DNA from: Rotaria sp.
Lineage: Eukaryota
Length of the DNA stretch: 64,000 bases
Reading direction: 5' to 3'
NCBI GenBank assembly: GCA_905250055.1
Contig: CAJNOF010000004.1
Coordinates: forward strand, 905,250-969,249
Part shown: positions 27,676-40,675 of the stretch, one piece after another
Numbering within the stretch: the stretch's first letter is position 1
How the letters are laid out: each line of letters opens with the position of its first letter
Notes under the pieces: generated by a model
Databases searched by the model: none
What the model saw: the letters and a program-made list of their open reading frames with translations, nothing else
Told to the model about the DNA's origin: nothing
Program-made: the position numbers and the translations under genes

Positions 27676-28459
27676 CTATAGGACAAAATATAAGATTTTT
27701 CAAGAAATATAGGTTTTATAGAAATTATAGGTCGAGTCCGGCCTCAGACCGTCTACAGATCAACAACTGTATAAACTACACACAGAAAACAATACTCATA
27801 TACCATTGCTTCTTCTTATTTTTAAATAAAATTAATCTCAAAACTTTTTGAACGATTCGCCTATATTATAATGTTTTCTCATATAAATTGATTTGAATAT
27901 CGTTAAACAACATTCACCTATGGGTTTTTTTTATCAATATTTAAAAGAAATATCGAATTGACCGTTACATATTACGTCTGTAGGTTTGTAAAATTTTCTT
28001 TATTTTAATTTACGTAGTTCAAACTGTAAGAAACTTTTGTATCTTGGTGACACATTGTTCTCAATTTATCTTTATCTTCCATTGATATGTAGTAATCAAA
28101 AGTTTTACCCACATGCATACTACGTAAATTTCTCGTTTAAATGTAATTCTCTTTCTCATAATGAATCAGTCTGGAAAAAAAATATTTACTCATTCTTTAT
28201 CGTGATAAGCAAATAACTTGAATAAAACACAAGATTGTGCAAGAACATCAAGTTACAAAAGAGAGTGAAACATAGATTTTGTCTGACCTATTTTTTTCTC
28301 TTTTTTTCTTTTTCACGGGGCAAACTTGCACAATGATTTGAAAAATACTTAATCATTTAACATGCAATACCATATTCTTTTTATTTTCAGTTTATAAAAG
28401 CACATCAACGGTCTTGTTTTCTAGATTGTTACTAGCAAACCAACAGTTACGAACATACG

Positions 28460-31400
28460 ATGAGTAAAACAACAGCTACGTCTGATAATAAAAGTGGTTC
28501 TGGTCCACTTTATCGAATTCCTCCTTATTATTATATTCATGTTTTGGATCAAAATACAAATGTGACACGACTCGAAATTGGTCCAAAAACATTTATTAAA
28601 CAAGATAATGAAACAGTCATTGTTGGACCAGAAAAGATGATAACAGTACCGTACGTAAATTTGTTACTTAAAAAAGAAACAACCGAATAAGAGGAAGTAA
28701 TGATTTGAATATTTTAGACCACGTCATTATTGTGTTATTGAATCACCTGTGGTACGTAATGAAGCTGGAGAAGTTCAATTTGATCGAAATGGACAAGCAA
28801 AACTTATTCATGCTGATTTGGATATTCGTCTTGCTCAACCAGATCAAGCACCATTTCCTCTTTATCCCGGTGAAATTCTTCGTCAGGTATAAAATTAAAA
28901 TTTCTTTCAATTAACAAAATAAAACTGACTTTGTACGATTCTTTTTGTTTTTCTCAGCCCGTTACTCCATTAAAAGTTGTTCCAGCTAATTCAGCATTAC
29001 GTCTAACAGCTGTTCTCGATTTTGAAGATGAAACAACAAATGAACAACGTCGTGCTGGTGATGAATGGTTATTCGAAGGTCCAGGTACTTATATTCCTCG
29101 TAAAGAAGTTAGTGTTGAGGAACAAATTCGAGCTACAGTTATTGGTCCTAATCAAGCTATACGACTTTGTGCAAAAAAAGAAATTGCTGATCGTACAGGT
29201 CAACATCGTGTTACTGGTGAAGAATGGTTAGTTAAAAAAACCGGTGCTTATTTACCTCTTGCATATGTAAGTTCAACACTCTTATTCACGTATTTCAATT
29301 AAAAATTTTGAAATCTTTAGGAAACTGTGGTTTCTGTAGAAAATGCTTATGTATTAACCGATAAAAAAGCTCTTCATCTTCGTGCATTAAAAACTTTTAC
29401 AGATGATTTTGGTAAAGAACGTATGAATGGTGAAGAATGGCTTATAACTTTTGCTGACACTGAAACACATATTCTTAGTGTATATGAACAATTAGTTGCT
29501 GTCGTTGACGTAATAACATTGAATTCTCGTCAATATTGTGTTATACTTGATCCAGTTGCTCATGGAAAACCACAATTAGGAAAAAAAGTATGTCACAAAT
29601 ATTATTTTTTTTCTATTGAGAAAATTTTATTATTGAAATGTATTTTTTTCTAGAAACTTATCGTGGGTGAAAAATCATTCTTTCTTCAACCTGGTGAAAA
29701 ACTTGAAAATGGTATTCAAGATGTTTTTATATTAGGTGAAGATGAAGGTGTCATTCTTAAATGTATTGAAGCATTTAAAGATGAACAAGTTAATGTTAAT
29801 CGAAATCCCGGTGATCGATGGATGATTCGTGGTCCAACGTAAGATATTGATTTTTGAATCAAATTTTAAATTATTAATATAAATTTTAGTGATTATATTC
29901 CTCCAACACAAGTAGAAGTTGTTACGCGTCGAAAAGCCATGCCATTAGATGAAAATGAAGGTATATATGTTCGGGATATAAAAACTGGTTGTGTACGAGC
30001 AGTCATTGGTGAAACCTATATGTTAACACAAGATGAAGAATTATGGCAAAAAGAATTACCTAAAAAAGTTGAGGAATTATTATCACGTGATGCATTAAGT
30101 GAACGAAATGCTCTAACACGTAATCAACCATCAGATAAATCTCAGTCTCAATCTCAACAACAAACAACAACAACTTCAAATGCAAATGTTGCTAAACGTG
30201 ATAAATCAAAATTAGTTACATATCGTGTTCCACATAATGCTTGTGTACAAGTTTATGATTATAAAGCTAAAAAAGCACGTATTGTATTTGGTCCTGAACT
30301 TGTTATGCTTGGTCCAGATGAACATTTTACATTACTTTCATTAAGTGGTAGTGTACCGAAAAAACCGAATCAAATTCAAACACTTTGTTTACTTCTTGGA
30401 CCAGATTTTTTTACTGATGTCATTGTTATTGAAACAGCTGATCATGCTCGTCTTTCACTACAACTTTCATATAATTGGCATTTTCAAATACCTGACACTA
30501 ATGATGAAAAAGAAGCAGCTAAACTTTTTTCAGTACCAGATTTTGTTGGTGATGCAGCTAAAGCTATAGCTTCACGTATTCGTGGTGCTGTTGCTGGAAC
30601 ACAATTTGATGATTTTCATAAAAATTCAGCTCAAATTATACGTGCATCAGTATTTGGTCTTGATGCTAATCAACATATAAGAGATAAATTTATTTTTCCA
30701 CAAAATAATCTTGTTATTACCTCAATTGATATACAAAGTGTTGAACCAGTTGATCAACGAACACGAGATGCACTTCAAAAGAGTGTTCAATTAGCTATTG
30801 AAGTAAGATCAACTATATTGACTTATTTTTTATAATAAATATTAATGGAATTGTTTAGATTACAACCAATTCTCAAGAAGCAGCTGCTAAACATGAAGCT
30901 TCACGTCGAGAACAAGAAGCTAAAGGTTTATTAGAACGACAACGTATTAAAGATGAAGCTAATGCTGAAGAAGTTCGAAAACAACTTCTTGAATTACAAG
31001 CTTTATCAGCTGCTGTTGAATCAACAGGTCAAGCTAAAGCTGAAGCACAAAGTCATGCTGAATCATCTCGAATTGAAGGAGAAGCAGCTGTTGAACAAGG
31101 TAATGAGTTATGATTTTGTTTACAATAAAATTTATTTGTTTTCTTTTAATATAGCTGCTCTCAAAGCTCAAGCTACACAAATTGAAGCTGAAGCTGAATT
31201 ATCACGTTTAAAATTAGCACGTGAAGCTGAAATAAAATTTTTACGTGAACAAAATGAATTAGAAATATCAAAGAAAGGTGAAATGTCAAGAATTGAAACT
31301 GAAAAATTTAAATTACAAGTTGAATCTATTGGTGCATCAACAATACAATCGATTGCAACTTCAGGTCCAGATACACAAGTTAAACTTTTACAAGCACTTG

Positions 31401-31543
31401 GTCTTCAATCAATGTTGGTTACTGATGGAAATACACCTATTAATCTAATGGGTTTTGGACAAGGACTTTTAGGTGGTTTAACTTCAACTGCAATTAAAAA
31501 TGCTAAGGGTCCAATTGGTTATCATGTTGAAGAAAAAGATTAG
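28460..31543 (+). CDS. MVP: Major vault protein paralog 1 (MVP), 8 exons, ~850 aa
   Basis: Exons: 28460-28650, 28718-28886, 28958-29266, 29321-29587, 29654-29838, 29890-30802, 30859-31099, 31155-31543. The translation is collinear with human MVP along its whole length: [173 protein letters not shown], and the C-terminal coiled-coil/cap region. All introns are 53-72 bp and GT..AG. Confidence 0.95.
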
Positions 31544-31707
31544 ATCAAACTTCTCTCTTGTTTCAAGAGAAAAAAATAATAATAACATTGTCCGTCCTTT
31601 TGTGTTTTCATATTATCAATTTTATTCTACAATTTCATTTTAATTATTTTGTAGCTCATGTATGAATAATAAACTAAGATGGTTTTCATACGAAAGAAGT
31701 TTGCACT

Positions 31708-31713
31708 ATCGAG
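31708..31713 (+). terminator. Candidate AATAAA polyadenylation signal ~165 nt 3' of MVP-1 stop
   Basis: aataaa sits within the 3' flank. This is a weak call (AT-rich background). Confidence 0.25.
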
Positions 31714-32256
31714 TTGTTCTTTTTTTTTCTTCCTAATGTCATATAAATGTATTTCTAAGTGTTTAAAAGCAGTCGCCAGTATAGATGTATAATATTAACC
31801 GTGAAAAATTCTTTGTTTTTTTTCTCTTCTTGTCGCTCGTCAATACTCCGAAAATTTATTTGCGTTCTCCCATTCTAATAAATGCAGAGAGTTCCGCAAG
31901 TCACACCATATTCCAAATAGCTTGGATTTTTTCGTCATCTTTTGATCAAATGGACTAATCTTTTTTAGCACTGATAAAGAACTATTCATAGCTTCTAATC
32001 ATAATACGAACATTGAAAATACTGCTTTGAAGGCTCACCCTAGCTAAATAAAGAACTATACGGTGTGGGTGTGGTTTTGGGTGTGATTGTGGGCGTGAGT
32101 ATAGATAAATGGTAGATTCATATCCACACCTTTTATCAGTGGTAAAAAGATCAGCTCATTTGGTCAAAAGAAGGCGGAGAAATCCAAGATTTTTGAAGTG
32201 CTGTGTGACTTTGGCACACTCTGTAGAATTTATTTGATCGTAGAAGGCTTAAGATA

Positions 32257-32544
32257 CCCAGGTCGAATTCACCCTGTCGAATCCGATAGAAATTCGCCGG
32301 AATTTGTCGGAATCCTAACCACAGGATTCCGACAAGTGGTTCTGGATGTCGGAAAGTGTCGGAGTTTCAGGGATTTCGCAGGATCCTGATTATTCCGACA
32401 TCCGGAACCTCCTGTCGGAATCCTGTGGCTAGGACGCCGACAACTTCCGACGAGTTCCCGTCGGATCCGTTAAAATCCGGTAATTTTTCCGATATAATCC
32501 GATATAATCCGACGTAATCCGACAGTCGGATCGAATCACCTGGG
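32257..32544. repeat. GC-rich (~50% GC) palindromic MITE-like element with imperfect terminal inverted repeats and internal tgtcgg/ccgaca palindromes
   Basis: Terminal inverted repeats are CCCAGGTcgaattcaccc at the left and gggtgattcgatccgact...CCTGGG at the right. Internally it has exact inverted pairs (aggattccgaca ... tgtcggaatcct) and many tccgaca/tgtcgga copies, with a short tandem ccgatataat x2 followed by a related unit ccgacgtaat. It lies in the 1.7-kb spacer between the convergent MVP genes. Confidence 0.55.
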
Positions 32545-33228
32545 ATATGTCAATTACTTTTATTTGTTTGACAGGACTGACATTAGGTTTTCACAATTAT
32601 GGTTCTTTTAGTACAGTTAAAATATGTTATATATTCTCAATAGATAAATATAATGAGTCGAATAGATGCCGAAATAATCTTGATAGTCTTCTGTATATGG
32701 TTATATAGTAGAAAGATGGAATCATTTCGTATTTCTATTTTCGAACTCACACTTTGCAGTGTATAATAGTAATGATGATCAGAAAAAAAATCTCAACTTC
32801 CGTAAAAAAAAACATGCGAATGTTTGTGCTCATTCATTGAAATGAAACCTTCGAATGAAGAGTTTCTGATCTGTTTTATTCACAAAAAAGTTAAATCATG
32901 AAGCAGAAATATTTATTTATTTCATTCTATTTCAACACTGAATTTTAAAAAAATATTGATTGAATTCAAGTCGATTATTGTTATCAATAAAAATGACAGA
33001 TATATAACAAATTTTTTAAATTATTTTATTACGATTATAAAATTCCTTTTTTTTAGAGATCACACAAATACATTAAAAAATAAGTATAAAACAGAGTCTT
33101 ATGTTTTTTTCTTGTAACAAAACATGGTCTTTTATTCTAAAAATCTGACTAATCTCGGGTCTAAATTGGATATATCAATATAAAGTTTATGAGTTTTTTA
33201 TTCGTTTAATTTGTTCTTCCAAATAATA

Positions 33229-36200
33229 TTACGAATTTGTTGATGCGCCAACTAAATCGACAGCAGTATTGAAAAGATTAATTGGACTACGTCCATCAGT
33301 AATCAAAGTTGATTTAATACCAAGAGCTTGAAGAAGTTTAACCTACATAATTCAAAGATTAATTAAATCTCCACAAGAATTCTTATAAAAAAAAATCTTA
33401 CCTGATTATCTGGTCCACTTGTAGCAATAGCTTTAATAGTTTGTGGACCGATAGCAGTAACATGTTGTTTAAATTCTTCAATTTCAATATCAGCTAATCG
33501 TTTGGCTTTTTCAATTTCCAAATCAGTTGTTACTTTTGCATAACTTATTTCAAGTTCACGTGCTTGTGTTAAACGTATTAGTTCAGTATCAGCTTCAATT
33601 TTTGCTGCTTTTGCACGAAGTGTAGCTATAAAAACGAATAAGTACAGGTATATTATGAAACAAATATGTTCAATATATAACATACCTTGACTAACAGCAG
33701 ATTCACCCTCGATTTTAGCTGCTTCAGCTCGTGATTGAGCTTCAGCACGTGATTGACCAGTGGATTCAACAGCAGCTGATTCAGCTTGAAGTTGTAATAG
33801 ATTTCGACGTTCCTTTTCGGCTAAACAAATTTTAAAGTATAAGATTTTAAATTTCATTTAAAATGAAATTCTACCTTCTGCTTCATCGGCAATTTTTTGT
33901 CTTTCTAAATGACCTTTTGCTTCTTGTTCTGTTCTTGAAGCCAAATGTCTAGAGAAAAAATAATTCAAGTTATATATTTTTTGTTTTTTCGTTCAATTCA
34001 ACTTACTTTGCTTGGGCTTCTTGTGAATTAGTTGTAATCTAAACAATTCCATTAATATTTATTATAAAAAATAAGTCAATATAGTTGATCTTACTTCAAT
34101 AGCTAATTGAACACTCTTTTGAAGTGCATCTCGTGTTCGTTGATCAACTGGTTCAACACTTTGTATATCAACGGATGTAAGAACCAAATTGTTTTGTGGA
34201 AAAACAAGTCTTTTTTTCACATGTTTATTTTCATCAAGACCAAATACCGAAGTTCGAATAATTTTTGCTGAATTCTTATGAAAATCATCAAATGAAATAC
34301 CAGCAACAGTACCACGAATTTTGGCTGCTATAGCTTTACAGAAATCACCAATAAAATCTGGTACTGAAAAAAGTTTAGTAACTTCTTTTTCATCATTACG
34401 ATTATCAACCTAAAAAACAAAATAAATAAAAACTAGATTTGCTTTTTTTTTTAAATATTACAATATGCTTACTTCGAAGTGCCAATTGTATGAAAGTCTA
34501 AGTGAAAGACGAGCATGATCACTTGATTCAATTGTAACAACATCACTTGAAAATTCTGGTCCCATTAAGAGACAAATAGCTCGAATCTTATTTGGTACTT
34601 TTGGTTTTTCACCAGATAAATTTAAAACTGTAAATTGTTCATCTGGTCCAAGCATAACAAGCTCAGGACCAAATATAATTCGTGCTTTTTTAGATTTAAA
34701 ATCATAAATTTGTACACAAGCATTATGTGGAACACGATAAGCAACAACTTTTGATTTATCTCTTGGTGGTATAGGTGCTGTTTGTGATGATTTATCCTCA
34801 AAACATCTAGGATCTAGATTAAGAAGTTGTTCGACTTGTTTAGGTAATTCTTTGTCCCAAAGTTCTTCATTTTCGGTCAATAAATATGTTCTACCAATAA
34901 CCGATCGAACTTTACCAGTTTTAACATCTCGAACATAAATTCCTTCATTAACATCTAATGGTATAGCTTTACGACGAAGTACAACTTCAGCTTCAACAGC
35001 TGGAATATAATCTTTTGGTCCTCGAACCATCCAACGATCACCAGGATTACGTACTTCTTTCTATAATGAAGAAATGCGATATATTATTGATTAAAAATAA
35101 TCAAAGAATAAACTTACTCCATCTTCTTTAAATGATTCAGTACATCGAAGAATAAGCCCTTCATCTTCTTCAAGAACATAAACATCTTGAATACCTTTGG
35201 CTAATTTTTCACCAGGTTGAAGAAAGAATGTTTTTTCTCCCTTAAAAAAAAATAATTTAGTTAATCAAATCAAATAATCATATCTATCATACTTTAACAA
35301 GTTTTTTCTTTCCAAGTTGTGGTTTACCATCTGAACCAACTGGATCCAAAACAACACAATATTGACGTGAATTTAATACAGTTACAGATACAACACCAAC
35401 AACCTAAACATTTTCTCTATTATTTTTTATCGATGAATTAAATATATATATATATCTACCTCTTCATAAACATCTGGAATATATGCTTCAGCATCAGTAA
35501 CATATACTAACCATTCTTCTCCATTAAGACGTTTTCGTTTAAATGAATCCACAAATGTACGTAGAGCTCGAACATGAAGAGCTTTCTAAAATAATTAAAT
35601 TTATCATCAAAAAAAAGAAGAAAACAACAGTTTTTAAATACACATACTTTATCAGTTAATACATAGGCTTTAACTGTTGCAACAACCTCTTCATAAGCTA
35701 AGGGTAAATATGAACCATTAGTACGATTAAGCCATTCTTCACCGGTTTCTCGTTGAATTCCATCACGATCAATCATTTCTTTTTTAGCACGTAAACGAAC
35801 AGCTTCATTTGGTTTAAGAATAACAGCTTTTATTTGTTCTTCAACACTAACTTCTTTACGTGGAATATAAGTTCCTAGAAAAAATAAATTCAAATTTTTA
35901 TTATTAACTAATCAAATTTCAGTTTGGTCTTTTTAACCTGGTCCATAAAAAAGAAATTCATCTCCAGCACGCATTTGTTGTTTTTGCTCATCAGTAAAAT
36001 CCAGAACAACACGAAGACGTAATGCACAATTAGGTTCAATAACTTTCAATGCTGTTACAGCTTGTTTAAGTATTTCACCTGGATAAAGAGGAAACGGTTC
36101 TTGAGAAAATCGAATATCAACATCTGAATGTAATAATTTAACTTGTCCATTAGCATCCATAACAACTTTGCCATTTTTATCACGAACAGCTGGATTTTCA

Positions 36201-36510
36201 ATAACACAATAATGACGAGGACTAGATATTATTCAAAAAATAGACTTTTGTTTTTGAAAATTTTAAATCAAAAGCATTTAAACATACGGAATTATTAACA
36301 TTCGTTCTGGTCCGAGTAAAACTTTTTCATGATCTTGTTTAACAAATGTTTGTGGACCAACTTCAAGTCGTGTTACATTTGTATTTTGATCAAGAACATG
36401 CAAATAATAAAATGGATGAACTCGATAAACTAAAATTAAAGACGTAGAACTAAGTACGAAAAAAAAGACGAATTAAAATCCTTACCACCAGTGACTTTTG
36501 GATCTGCCAT
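33229..36510 (-). CDS. MVP: Major vault protein paralog 2 (MVP), 14 exons, ~65-70% aa identity to paralog 1
   Basis: Minus-strand exons in plus coordinates: 36486-36510, 36288-36429, 35938-36221, 35648-35874, 35460-35585, 35293-35403, 35117-35239, 34473-35060, 34095-34409, 34007-34038, 33875-33948, 33686-33820, 33402-33625, 33229-33342. Phases are consistent across all junctions. The translation ([37 protein letters not shown]... [10 protein letters not shown]... [12 protein letters not shown]... [18 protein letters not shown]... YCVVLDP... [11 protein letters not shown]... [10 protein letters not shown]... [14 protein letters not shown]... [26 protein letters not shown]... [17 protein letters not shown]... 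[11 protein letters not shown]...) is collinear with MVP-1 and human MVP. Confidence 0.93.
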
Positions 36511-37723
36511 TATTATTCTTTATTAGTAATATGAGTCTGAAAGAAAATGAAAGATATAAGGGTCCTTTTATGTATGAGTTCGGATGACAATATAAACCGG
36601 GTATGTTGTGTATGCAAAATATGAAGAAAAGGGTTGAATATAAGGGGAAAGCAGTTTTTCAACTAAGTTATGAAATGACAGAAACAAAATTACACGTCTA
36701 AATTGTAATAACGAGTAATGCATAGACACGAAGGGAGGTTGATTTATTTTGTGGAATAAAAGAAAAGAGAGAAAACAAGGGTAGAAGAACAAATACAGAA
36801 GAGAGTGAATAAGAGAAGAACGCAAAAGCCCCTATCTGACATTGAGTATTTTAACCCGGTGGTAAAAAACAATATGCTGTTTTCATCTTACATTGAAATT
36901 TTAAATATGACTAATTCTCTTATTAGATACATTCATGAAAAAATATACTGATTGTGTAAATATTTGAGTAGCCAGGGAATCTACGTCTTTCCCATCTTCT
37001 AAAGTTCTTCCATACAATATTCCCCTGTTTTTAAAAATTTTCCAAGCAGCGCCCTTTTTCATGGAATTCAATCACTCTCCGGCTTCTCTCTCTCCAGTGC
37101 TGAGTGATGTTTCTTTTTGCAGCCAATAATAACCCTATTTCCCATTGAATATACACCGTGCATCAAGCTTTATTCTAATGAATATAATGAGAAAAAAAAA
37201 GAGGTATTCAATAAAATCACTCATCGCAAATAAATCAATTCTTATTATTACTAATATTGAGTAAATACGATTTGACTTCAATTTTACATTTTACGCTTAT
37301 TGTTTAAGTAAAAATCAAGCTCCATTTTATAATCGAATCTAACTCTATAGAGAAATAATTTTAATTTGCAATGTAAGATGTGATAAACAAAAATAAATCA
37401 CCCCGTATATAATGAATAAATTAACAATTGCATCAATAACCTTTCTTTTATTAAAAATCCAAATAATATCATATTCAATACTCAAATCAGTGTGTACTTA
37501 TATATATTTTATTGTCATTTTAATTTAACAAGTGAATTGACACACCTATAAATATATTTATATTGATAAAAGATTAAAAATGTCAAACAAAAACGCTCAA
37601 TACTAATACAACACATATTTATATGTATATATTCTGTCGTATATCGTTGTATTCATTGTGATGATAAAAATCAATCTATTGAATAAACTATCACATGGAA
37701 ATTATTTAAGAAATGTTTTGTAT

Positions 37724-40675
37724 TTAAACATGCCGCCATGTAAGCATTGTTGTATTATCACTATTTAAAATTCCAGTTTTTTTCTCTACGTCCCTTCCTT
37801 CATTATATATAATAACTCCAAAAATAACAATAAATGTTCCTGCACCGCTCAAAAATGTCACCGGGTTATGAAATATAATTATTGATAACCATATTAATAA
37901 TGCTCGTTTAATTGTATTTGCAACACTAATTTAAAAAAAATAAATTAACTATAAATAGAAAAAAATAATCAGTTATCTATTTTTTTTTTACCTATGTGTT
38001 ATCGGAGATATATAGGCCATTATAGCAAAAGCAGCTACTGATTGTATATGATAAAAAAGTCCATTAAAAATATATAAACAAGCTAATGTTTTCGAAGTTA
38101 ATTTTATAGCTAATGGAATATCAACATAATAAACAAGTAAAGGTAATTGAAAAATACATGCAAGAAGACTTGCCCAAAATTGTAATTCAATAGCTGAATA
38201 ACGATAATGTTCACCACTAATTAATATTTTTGAATAAACATTTTGTAAACTAAAATAAAAATATTCTATTATTATAATGCCTGTGAAATGAAAAATATGA
38301 AACATAAATGAACGTCTATGATGAATAGAGCGAAATATTTAATAAATCAATTAAAGCTAATACTGTCTATGCTCGATATTCATGAAGAAATATTTTAAAT
38401 TGATTGGTTGCTTTTAAAGTTTAGAATCTATTCATACGGTAGGTTTCAACTAGATATAAAAAACCTCAACAGGGTAAGTATCCTTAGACTTTCGATCCAA
38501 AGTTTTAGGTATTTTAGCATCGGGCTCTGTATATTACAGTAAATTGAATGAGGGCATTTCAACTGGAAGTTTTGCCTACAGTTAGTTCTATTTGTTAGTA
38601 GCATGTTCTGAAAATTGCATGTCAAAAGAACATTCTCTTCTCGAACTATTACAGCTTCAAGATATCAGAGTTATCTCAATTGACACTAAAGATTAAAGCT
38701 AAATATTCTAGAATTTAAAGTATGTTCACCCTCCTGTTCGTGCCATTATACTATCTACTGAATACATTTTAAAATCCAAAACTTACTTGTAGATGTTAAA
38801 AGATTCGAGAAATTATCGAAAACTAAAGATTGTTGCGCGCTCTTCTGAAATTGACTTCTTCTTGAAAAAAAACCGCAGAAACACCTCGTTTCTCCAGTCT
38901 GACACATCTGATCGAACTGAAACTTTGTCATATATACTATAAAATGTTTGAAGTGGATACCTGTTTGTTTCCAAACATATTATTCTGCTAATTTTTGGTA
39001 TTTCTTACAATAAAAATGCTCTATTAAAAAAAACAAACATGTGTTTTTTAGAGTTTTGACTTTTTTATTCGAAAATCAAAAAATATATATCCATTCTAAC
39101 TAGTGTCTAGTGCCTGTTAAAAAAATTCAGCTTGATCAAACATAGGATATTGAAGAAATGAGGGCTTCATGTGAGCTCATATATTACTAATTGGTAGGAC
39201 TTATAATATGAATAAAAATCTGGAGAGAATTTGCCCCATTAGACTTTTTTCTCTGCTTATGACTGTTTTACTGAACTTACAGACTATTACATGATATCAT
39301 GAGAAAATTCTCCCAGATAATAGCTGTTATCGTATTCTGAAAGTTTCAGCTTAAATAAATGAATTCTTCTTAGGATATCAGAGGTCTTGATAAAAGGCTT
39401 TTTGTGTAGCTCTTGTATGAGAATAACGTTGTTTATTGCGAACGTGTTATCTTAAAAGGAAAACATTTGTTTGAGTTGAAACTTTCAGGATAATGTAAGA
39501 GTTACGAGAGCTATTGTTAAGAAGAATTTCAGATCGAAACACCTTGATGCGATTTTTCTCGTGATATCATAATGTGATAAGTTGAAAGTCCAGTGAAACG
39601 GTCATAACTTGAGAAAAAACCGTATCGTGACACTAACTCTTTCACAGTACTAGTTGAATAGGTTCATTTGTAAGTAAAGACAAAAGAATTATTGAAGAAT
39701 TTTTTCCTAGATGTGATACAAATAAAATCTGAAAAAAATTTTCTTTAGATCAAGACTAATTTGGATTTGCTGAAAGCATAACCAAACTTAATGAAACTTG
39801 GTCGCATACATCTCTAGTCATGATCTATAATAAATCGTTACTGCAGTGTTCATTACAATTTATTTGAGAAAGATCGAATAATCTGACCTTATATTTCAGT
39901 ACTCCTTGTTTTAGTTTATGTTTCATAAAATTCAAAATAATATCTTACCAATCAAATATATTTGTGCCCAAAGCACATAAAAATCCAAATAAATTAAAAC
40001 TTAATTCAAATGAACTACTTAGACAAAGACCAACTGTGATTGGTATCATTGAAAATTTAGTCCAGTAACCTAGAATAAAATCATTTTACATTTTATTTTG
40101 AATAAATATTAAAAAAATTTTATTAACTTGTTCTTTCTCCAAGCATAATTCGACTTATAATAACAGTAAATAATGGCGAAGATGATTTTATTGTTGCCAC
40201 AAAAGATACAGCTATATATTTCAATGCAATTAAACCTAAAATCACAGTCACAGAACGAAATGCACCAATAAACATCATATCACGATATACATTCTTCATA
40301 ATCATTGGATTTTTATCTAATGACCTATGATATTTATTTATAAATTGTATTTGAATATAACCACTTATTACAGATATAAGAAGTTGATTTGTACCTTTAT
40401 TTAAAAAAGAAAAAGAAAAGAAATTTTATTTAAAAGAAAAATATATATTTTAATATTTCTACATCAATACCTAATGAAAAAGCATCACCGTCTAAATGAC
40501 TTAATATATATTTATTTGAAAATAATGTTGCAGCTGATGAAATATACCATATAATAAGCATTATTATTGCCATTGAATGGTATAAACCTCGAGGAACTTC
40601 AATTATAAAACGTTCTGGTGAAAGTAAAACATTTGCTTTATCTGGGACAACTTCAGATAAACTTGATAATGGCAT
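37724..40675 (-). CDS. SLC35E-like transporter (triose-phosphate/nucleotide-sugar transporter, TPT/DMT family), 5 exons
   Basis: Minus-strand exons in plus coordinates: 40471-40675, 40128-40394, 39949-40069, 37992-38249, 37724-37925 (intron 3 is ~1.7 kb). Family-diagnostic segments: KYIAVSFVATIKSSSPLFTVIISRIMLGERTSYWTKFSMIPITVGLCL and ISPITHSVANTIKRALLIWLSIIIFHNPVTFLSGAGTFIVIFGVIIYN (the TPT signature around HSVANTVKR). About 8-10 predicted TM helices. Confidence 0.85.

Noticed and set aside
29022-30569. ORFs 29022-29231 (plus) and 30345-30569 (plus) listed in the six-frame track
   Set aside because: They are in alternative frames overlapping MVP-1 exons 3 and 6. Both are AT-rich low-complexity translations (K/L/V runs), whereas the MVP frame is strongly supported by homology.
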